Part shown: positions 55,860 through 62,347 of the stretch, piece after piece
Layout of the letters: each line of letters starts with the position of its first letter
Position numbering within the stretch: position 1 is the first letter of the stretch
Assembly (NCBI GenBank): GCA_903873475.1
Contig: CAIQON010000108.1
Location: 1,064 to 65,063, forward strand
Length of the DNA: 64,000 nucleotides
DNA from: an uncultured bacterium
GTDB lineage: Bacteria; Pseudomonadota; Gammaproteobacteria; Burkholderiales; CAIKXV01
Direction of reading: 5' to 3'
The notes under the pieces: model-generated
The model's input: only the letters and a program-made list of their open reading frames with translations
Databases searched by the model: none
Told to the model about the DNA's origin: nothing
Made by a program: the position numbers and the translations under genes

Positions 55860-57851
55860 TCATTCCGGCTGGCCGGTAAAGGACAGGATTGTCTTCGCCT
55901 GCCGGTCCGCCTGCAGCAACTGGCGGCGCACCTTCGAGTGCATGCCCTCCGTGCGCCGCTGGGCGAAGCGGATCCAGGCTCGCCGCAGCAGCTGCCCGAC
56001 ATCCGAGCGTTCGGGCACGCACCGGACCAGCCATTCCACGGGCCCGCCACGATAGGGTTCCAACAGTGGATCCTCCATCGACAGCACAGCCTCGAAATGA
56101 CCGGCGTCTCCCTGGCGCGAGCAGCGCCCCGCCAGCTGCCGGTCGATGCGACCCGCCTCGTGGCGCTCCGAGAGGATGATATGCAGCCCGCCGCTGTCGC
56201 CCACCCCCGGCGCAAGCTTGATGTCCGTACCCCGCCCCGCCATGTTCGTGGCTATGGTAATGCAGCCCGGCTCTCCCGCGCGGGCGACGATCGCCGCCTC
56301 CTCTTCATCCTGCTTCGCGTTGAGTACCTGGTGGGCGAGGCCCCTCTCGGCGAGCAGCGCACTGGCCCGCTCAGAAGACGCCACCGAGCGCGTTCCGAGC
56401 AGCACCGGCACACGGCTGGCATGCAGTACGGCGACCCGCTCCGCGATCTGGCGCCACTTCGCATCCTCGGTCTCGAGGACACGATCGGCACGCCGGACCC
56501 GCCTGCTCGGGCGATGCGTGGGCACGCGTACGACCGGCAGGTTGTAGACCGATCCGAGTTCGCCGGCCACCTCCGCCGCGGTGCCCGTCATTCCGCCCAG
56601 GTGAAGGTAGCGGCGGAAGAAGCGCTGGTAACTGATGCGTGCCAGGGATTCCTTGCGCGGCGTGATCTCCACGCCCTCCTTGGACTCGATCAGCTGGTGC
56701 AGCCCCTGGCTCCAGGACCGATCGGCCATGACCCGACCGGTGTGCTCGTCGACGACCTGGATCTTGCCCTCCCGGATCACGTAATGATCGTCCAGCAGGA
56801 ACAGATGCAGCGCAGAGAGCGCTTGCCTGACCAGTTCCTCGCGCCTCAGCGCGCCAGCCCATACGCCACCCATCGCCTTGCACAGGTCGATCACCCGTCC
56901 GTGTCCCGCTTCGGTAAGGGCGATCCGACGCTCGGACTTGAGGATGACGAAATGCTCGCCAGGGGAGAGCTGGCGCGCGATCCCGAGCGCCTGAGTCGCG
57001 ACGAGCGCCTCATCGGCGGCGGGAACCTCCGCTGAAATGATCAGCGGCGTGCGCGCCTCGTCGACCAGCACGCTGTCGGCTTCGTCGACGATGGCGAAGT
57101 GCAGTCCCTGCAACAGCAGCTTGCGGCGCCTCGCATGCTCGCCATAGGCCTTGTCGAGCTGCAGGTGAAGCGGATAGCCTCCCTTGGCCAGCATGAGCCG
57201 GTCGCGCAGGTAGTCGAACACCAGCGTCTTGTTGCTGCAGTAGACGACGTCGTGCGCGTACGCGGCGCGGCGCGCGTCGGGGTTCATCTCGATCGTCACG
57301 TATGCAACCCGGATACCCAGCACCTCGTAGAGCGGGCGCAGTGTCTTGAAATCGCGCTCGACCAGGTAATCGTTCACCGTGATGACATGGACCGGGATGC
57401 CCGCCAGGGCAGCGGTGCAGGCAGCCAGCGTGGCCGTCAGGGTCTTGCCCTCGCCGGTCTGCATCTCGGCCACCATGCCGTTGAGCATGATCCAGGCGCC
57501 CCTGAGCTGGACGTCGAAATGACGCATGCCGAGCGTCTGATCTGCCGCCTCCCGTACCAGGGCGAACGCACATGCGGCAAGCGCCTCGGTGAGACCCTCC
57601 CGCCGCAGGCGCAACCGGAGCTCACGCGCCTCGGCCGCCAACTGGACCGGATCGTGGTGACGATAGCGGTCACCCACTGCGGCGACCTTCGCAACGATAC
57701 GGTTCCCGCCTGCTGCGCGCGCACGCAGCGCCCGCAGGACACGGCCGGTAGCCGCCTTTCCGGTACGGTCGAGCCAGGTCTCGTCGGTCGCATCAGGCCG
57801 CTCCGGATAGACGTCGTCGAGCAGCGGTGCAGGGATCACGAGGCGCGCCAT
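55860..57851 (-). CDS. SecA-like ATPase, truncated (663 aa; motor domains only)
   Basis: GMRHFDVQL, Walker A MQTGEGKT (57441-57461), VHVITVNDYLVERD, DEADSVLVDEARTPLIIS, GGMTGTA, TNMAGRGTDIKL, GGLHIILSERHEAGRIDRQLAGRCSRQGDAG. The sequence ends about 70 aa after NBD2. Confidence 0.85.
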   Translation of the reverse strand: MARLVIPAPLLDDVYPERPDATDETWLDRTGKAATGRVLRALRARAAGGNRIVAKVAAVGDRYRHHDPVQLAAEARELRLRLRREGLTEALAACAFALVREAADQTLGMRHFDVQLRGAWIMLNGMVAEMQTGEGKTLTATLAACTAALAGIPVHVITVNDYLVERDFKTLRPLYEVLGIRVAYVTIEMNPDARRAAYAHDVVYCSNKTLVFDYLRDRLMLAKGGYPLHLQLDKAYGEHARRRKLLLQGLHFAIVDEADSVLVDEARTPLIISAEVPAADEALVATQALGIARQLSPGEHFVILKSERRIALTEAGHGRVIDLCKAMGGVWAGALRREELVRQALSALHLFLLDDHYVIREGKIQVVDEHTGRVMADRSWSQGLHQLIESKEGVEITPRKESLARISYQRFFRRYLHLGGMTGTAAEVAGELGSVYNLPVVRVPTHRPSRRVRRADRVLETEDAKWRQIAERVAVLHASRVPVLLGTRSVASSERASALLAERGLAHQVLNAKQDEEEAAIVARAGEPGCITIATNMAGRGTDIKLAPGVGDSGGLHIILSERHEAGRIDRQLAGRCSRQGDAGHFEAVLSMEDPLLEPYRGGPVEWLVRCVPERSDVGQLLRRAWIRFAQRRTEGMHSKVRRQLLQADRQAKTILSFTGQPE

Positions 57852-57860
57852 CGGATTCGC

Positions 57861-60011
57861 TCAGACGTTGAATTGCTTGAGGAACGCGCGCCTTAACGCT
57901 CGATACCACTGGGTCGCCAGCGGCTCCGGCAGGTGTTCGAACCGCACATGGATCCGACCGCCCAGGTAATTGGTCTGCTCGCCCCGCGGCAGTTCCAGGT
58001 CGAGCACGAACAGTTTCTCGAGTGCGCGTCCATCGTCGCCCTTCGTCGGGTCCAGCCCGATCTTGCCACCGCCCTGGAGACTCAGTGCGAGGCTGGGTAG
58101 CTCGTTGGTCGCAGCAGGGACCTCGCGCGCGATGCGCGCTTCGAACGGCTGGCCGATCCGCTCCACCGGACGGATCTCCACTCGCCGGGTACGCGTGGCG
58201 ACCTGCGCGCCTTCCGCCGCCGACACCACGACACGTACGGTCTTCGCCGTGCGATCGACCACGTGGGCAAGCAACTCGCCGCGCTGGACGTACCGGCCCG
58301 GCAGGTTGTCCGGATCCTGCATCACGAAAACACCGCTGGTTGGCGCGCGGATGAGCAGTTCCGCCTGCCGGCGGCGCGCCTGCCTGAGTGCTTCGCGCAC
58401 GTGCTCGCGCTGCTCGTCGATCAGTTCCACCTGCACCCGATTGCTCACGCGCGCCAGCTGATGACGCGCATCCAGTTCCGCGAGTTGCGCCTGCAGAACG
58501 CGGGTACGGGCTTCCAATTCCGGATCATGGCACTCGATCAGTGGCTGTCCTGCGACGACCGGTTGCTCCGGCTTCACCAGGACACGTCCGACCACGCCGT
58601 CGATCGCGGCGCGCACATGCGCCTGCTCCGGAGCCCAGATCACCCCTTCCGCGCGTGTCGATGAAGGCGCGGGCACCCATGCCACGATGCCCACGATGCC
58701 TGCCAGCATCACGCCGGTGACGAACAGCGCTCGCGGGCGCTTGCCGGCGATCCGGGGGTTGAAGAAAAGATAGTGGATCTTCTTGCCGATCGGGATGACC
58801 AGCATGCTTGCGACCGCCCAGAGCGCGAGCACGACCCCGATAAAGAAGAACTGCGTTGCGACCAGCACGGCGATCGAAACCATCATGCCGATGCGGTAGA
58901 AGAAGGAAAGCACCGCATAGCCGGCGAGCCAGCCTCGCTCGGCGTCCGTCTCCGCAGGCGATGCGTCCCCCTGCACGCCGAACAGGTAGCGGCGAACAAG
59001 GTAGCCGAGATAGTCGTTGGCACGCTGGCCGAGGTTGGGCGATTCGATCCAGTCGGCCAGGATGTAATAGCCGTCGAACCGCAGCAGCGGGTTCGCGTTG
59101 AACAGGATCGTGGTGATGCCCGCGATCAGGATGATGTTATAGATGACCGCCCGGGTAAATCCGGGTTCGAGATTGATCCAGACGAACACCGCCAGCGATG
59201 CGAGGAACAGCTCCACCAGCATGCCTGCCGCGCCCACGAGCATTCGACTCCGCTTGTCGCGGAAGGCCGTGGCAGCCGAGGCATCGACGTACGGGATGGG
59301 GACCAGCACCAGCAGCATGACGCCCATCTCGTGCACTTCCCCACCGCCCGCCTTGATGGCCACCGCATGGCCCAGTTCGTGCAGCAGCTTGATCAGCGGG
59401 AAGACGACCCAGGCGAGCAGCAGGTTCTCCAGGGTGAACACGCGATCGACGACATCGCTAGACAGTTCCTTCCAGTGCATTCCCACCAGGATCGCCGCGC
59501 TGGTCGCAACCGCGAGCCAGAGCAGGGCTCCAGGCCAGCCCATGAGCGGCCGCAGGAACGGCATCGCCCGGTCCAGGAACCGGTCCGGATCAACCAGCGG
59601 GAACCGGATCGACAGCGGATTGCCGACGTACTGCTTGAGCTTCGTGCGCCGGTGCCGCAGCCGGCGCTCCTCGCGTTCCCGCGCATCCGGAGACGCGTCG
59701 CCCTGCAGCGCATCGGCTGCGTGCAGGTCGGACATCAGCTTGATGACCTCGTCCTGCGACGGCGCCGCCTCACCGAGCCGGGCGCAGGCGATGTTCCAGA
59801 TGTCCTGGAGCGTACGCTGGCCATCCATCAGCCCGATGACCAGGTTGGCGACCGGCGTGAACCGATGGAACTTGCCGGTCGAGTGATTCTGCATCACGTA
59901 CCACACCGCCTGGCGATAGACATGACGGTGGATCTGCGCATGACTGCGCAACCGCGGCCTGAGCGTCGCCACGCGATACCAGGAATCGCTGAACAGGGAT
60001 ATCGACTGCAT
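57861..60011 (-). CDS. Three-part fusion: PqqD/RRE-like N-domain, M50 (site-2 protease-like) membrane metalloprotease, C-terminal HlyD-like domain
   Basis: HELGH at 59367-59381 and NANPLLRFDGYY (the second S2P motif) within multiple hydrophobic spans. N-terminal ...WYVMQNHSTGKFHRFTPVANLVIGLMDGQRTLQDIWNIA...QDEVIKLMSDLHAADAL is PqqD-like. The C-terminus carries ...IDGVVGRVLVKPEQPVVAGQPLIE... plus coiled-coil HlyD features. Confidence 0.8.
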   Translation of the reverse strand: MQSISLFSDSWYRVATLRPRLRSHAQIHRHVYRQAVWYVMQNHSTGKFHRFTPVANLVIGLMDGQRTLQDIWNIACARLGEAAPSQDEVIKLMSDLHAADALQGDASPDAREREERRLRHRRTKLKQYVGNPLSIRFPLVDPDRFLDRAMPFLRPLMGWPGALLWLAVATSAAILVGMHWKELSSDVVDRVFTLENLLLAWVVFPLIKLLHELGHAVAIKAGGGEVHEMGVMLLVLVPIPYVDASAATAFRDKRSRMLVGAAGMLVELFLASLAVFVWINLEPGFTRAVIYNIILIAGITTILFNANPLLRFDGYYILADWIESPNLGQRANDYLGYLVRRYLFGVQGDASPAETDAERGWLAGYAVLSFFYRIGMMVSIAVLVATQFFFIGVVLALWAVASMLVIPIGKKIHYLFFNPRIAGKRPRALFVTGVMLAGIVGIVAWVPAPSSTRAEGVIWAPEQAHVRAAIDGVVGRVLVKPEQPVVAGQPLIECHDPELEARTRVLQAQLAELDARHQLARVSNRVQVELIDEQREHVREALRQARRRQAELLIRAPTSGVFVMQDPDNLPGRYVQRGELLAHVVDRTAKTVRVVVSAAEGAQVATRTRRVEIRPVERIGQPFEARIAREVPAATNELPSLALSLQGGGKIGLDPTKGDDGRALEKLFVLDLELPRGEQTNYLGGRIHVRFEHLPEPLATQWYRALRRAFLKQFNV

Positions 60012-60024
60012 GGCTATGCGCGCT

Positions 60025-61866
60025 TCACGCCCAGGACCACACGGCCAGACGCAGCCAGTCGAAGAACCGGTGGGTGATCATCCAGAACAGGCTGCGCCGT
60101 CCTGCCTCGATCTTCGCCACGCCCTCCATCCCGGGTCGCAGCCGATCGGAACGCTGCTCGAGCAGCGCCTCCACGCGGAAATAGCTCCGGCCTTCCCGCG
60201 AGGTCACCACGGGCGTCACGGTGCTGATGACAAACGGATACACCTCCCCGGGCAGCGAGCTGAGCAGCAACCGTCCCTTCTGCCCGGCACGCACATTGCC
60301 GATCGCGGTCTCCGGCACTTCGAGCACGACGCGGTAGCCGTCGAGCGGCGACACCTCGAAAAGCACCTGGCCGCGCTTGACCGCCGCGCCGAGCGACTGG
60401 TGCAGGTCGCCGCTGACCACGACGCCGTGGAATGGCGAGACGATATGCGTGCGCTGCAGTTGCTCCGCGAGCAGGCTGACCTGCGCCTCGGCTTGCTGTA
60501 CCTGCGCGAGGATGATGCTGGCCAGCGCGCGGTCATACTTGGCAACCGCCTCCTGGTACTGGCGCGTGTATTGAGTGCGCTGGCTCTGCCATTTGTAGTA
60601 TTCGAGCCGCAGGTCCCGCTGATCCAGCGTCGCGAGCACGTTGCCCGCTTTCACGACGTCCCCCGCGCGATGCGTCGCAGTTGCCACGTAGCCATCGATC
60701 GGTGCGATGAGCACGCGGCGCACCGAGCCCTCGAGGGATGCCTGCGCGCCTACCCGGTGGTTGCCGGTTGCCAGGCTGAAGAACACGACCAGTGCGATCA
60801 GCGAAAGGGCCACGAGCTTGCGTCCGAAATACTTCGGCCCGATGAGCTTCGTGAGTTGCTCTCGGGAAGCGTCCCGGAAACGGCTCAGGAAGTGTCTGTC
60901 GTTGAGGCGTTTGGCCTCGAGGATGCGGCTGGTCAGCGCCACCGTCGCCTGGCAGAGCTCGATGGTGGACGCATCGAACGGTCGACTGGCGGGACGCTCG
61001 AGGGTGAAGGCCCCACCGCGTCGCTCGTCCGGCTGGAACGGAATCGTGAGGATGCTGCCGCTGCCGAACTGGCGGGCAAGCGCATCGTGGTCGCGCGTGA
61101 CCAGCGGCGCGCCCGTACCTGCAGGCACGACGATGATCGATCTCTGGTCCAGTGCCTCATCCATCGCCATTCCGATGGCGCGGGTAAGGTTCATCCTCTG
61201 GCCGAATTCCGCGCTGTGCGAGACCGCGGCAACGTCCACATGGCCATTCTTCTGGAACCCGATGCTGACCCGGTCGCAATCGAGCCGTACTGCCAGGTCC
61301 GTCGCGAGCGCGTTCGCCGCCGCCGGGAAACGCTCCTCCGCGAGCGAGGTGGCCAGCAGGTCCAGCGTACTCATCAGCCTTTCGCGCGTCGCCTGTTCTT
61401 CCTCCGACTGAGCGGCTCGCAGCGATGCTTCGATCGCGTAAAGCGCCCAGGACAAGCGCGGCACGAGCGCCTGCACCGCGGCCGCCTCCCGAGGCTCGAA
61501 CTCGACGGCCACGAGACCGTGCAACTGGCCATCGATCATCAGCGGACAACTCACGCATGCGCCGTCCGGACGGGACGATACGATGCTGCGGCGTCCTTCG
61601 AGCGTACGCGTGGCGACATCGGCCAGCAGCTCGCTCGGCCCCTGGCCCGCCGGCCAGAACGCCGCGGGCGAGAACGGGCCTGCGTCAGGGGCGCCCAGGA
61701 GCAGTACCGCGCGCCGAGCCTCGGGCAGCGAGGCACAGCACGACGCGAGCCAGTCGCGCTGGAACGCTTCGGGACTGGCGCCGGGTGCCGTGGCCTGCAT
61801 CCCGGTCGCGGTGCTCGCGGTGACGGTCTCGGTCATGGCACGCGGACCGCCCGGCTCAACGGTCAA
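60025..61866 (-). CDS. Cytoplasmic GAF-like region, single TM span, periplasmic HlyD-type membrane-fusion domain
   Basis: TM span LVALSLIALVVFFSLA. Downstream ...IDGYVATATHRAGDVVKAGNVLATLD..., coiled coil, ...IVSPFHGVV... (HlyD). The ~330-aa N-terminal part has two GAF-like blocks (...PLMIDGQLHGLVAVEF...; ...SILTIPFQPDERRGGAFTLER...). TTG start overlaps the upstream stop (TTGA); alternative ATG at 61836. Confidence 0.7.
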   Translation of the reverse strand: MTVEPGGPRAMTETVTASTATGMQATAPGASPEAFQRDWLASCCASLPEARRAVLLLGAPDAGPFSPAAFWPAGQGPSELLADVATRTLEGRRSIVSSRPDGACVSCPLMIDGQLHGLVAVEFEPREAAAVQALVPRLSWALYAIEASLRAAQSEEEQATRERLMSTLDLLATSLAEERFPAAANALATDLAVRLDCDRVSIGFQKNGHVDVAAVSHSAEFGQRMNLTRAIGMAMDEALDQRSIIVVPAGTGAPLVTRDHDALARQFGSGSILTIPFQPDERRGGAFTLERPASRPFDASTIELCQATVALTSRILEAKRLNDRHFLSRFRDASREQLTKLIGPKYFGRKLVALSLIALVVFFSLATGNHRVGAQASLEGSVRRVLIAPIDGYVATATHRAGDVVKAGNVLATLDQRDLRLEYYKWQSQRTQYTRQYQEAVAKYDRALASIILAQVQQAEAQVSLLAEQLQRTHIVSPFHGVVVSGDLHQSLGAAVKRGQVLFEVSPLDGYRVVLEVPETAIGNVRAGQKGRLLLSSLPGEVYPFVISTVTPVVTSREGRSYFRVEALLEQRSDRLRPGMEGVAKIEAGRRSLFWMITHRFFDWLRLAVWSWA

Positions 61867-62213
61867 GCATCCGTCTTCAATTCACCGAAACGGGACTCAT
61901 ACTCCTTGAGTACCCGCTCCAGGAGAACGCCGAGGCGCTTGGCCGCATGGGGATTGAGTACGATCCGGTCGGACAGCATGACCTTGACTTCTTTCTGACC
62001 TGCGTGCCACGCCTGATTCGCCCCGAACAGCAGAGTGATTTCCTCGCGCGATCCAAGGACATTGCAGACGTTGGAATAGGAGGTCTCCATTCGCGAATCG
62101 TCCCAGATGATTCGCTGAGGATCGCCGCTGCGCGTATTCGTGTCCGGGGTATTGTCTTCGCCGCTCGCTGAGACACTCGCTGAGGGAGTCCTGCTCATCG
62201 CGATTCCTGTCAT
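61863..62213 (-). CDS. Small DUF3467-like protein
   Basis: ...ETSYSNVCNVLGSREEITLLFG... resembles the YxN..v..t.eEf.LdFG core I recall for DUF3467. Visibly more A/T-rich than its surroundings. Start ATG at 62213 or 62198. Confidence 0.5.
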   Translation of the reverse strand: MTGIAMSRTPSASVSASGEDNTPDTNTRSGDPQRIIWDDSRMETSYSNVCNVLGSREEITLLFGANQAWHAGQKEVKVMLSDRIVLNPHAAKRLGVLLERVLKEYESRFGELKTDA

Positions 62214-62347
62214 CGATAGGGTTGGTCTGATGGCACCGCGCGTGCAGAGCCAGGTAGCACTGTCTTATATCCTAATCCCACCGGTCGATCGCGCCCGCGG
62301 AACGGGCGACAGCGGCGCGAACAGCGGCAGTCTCGATCTGCGTGGCG

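Noticed and set aside
55860-57851. Housekeeping secA
   Set aside because: It is only 663 aa and appears to lack HWD, the two-helix finger and the C-terminal tail. It lies inside an M50/HlyD operon rather than a typical secA context.
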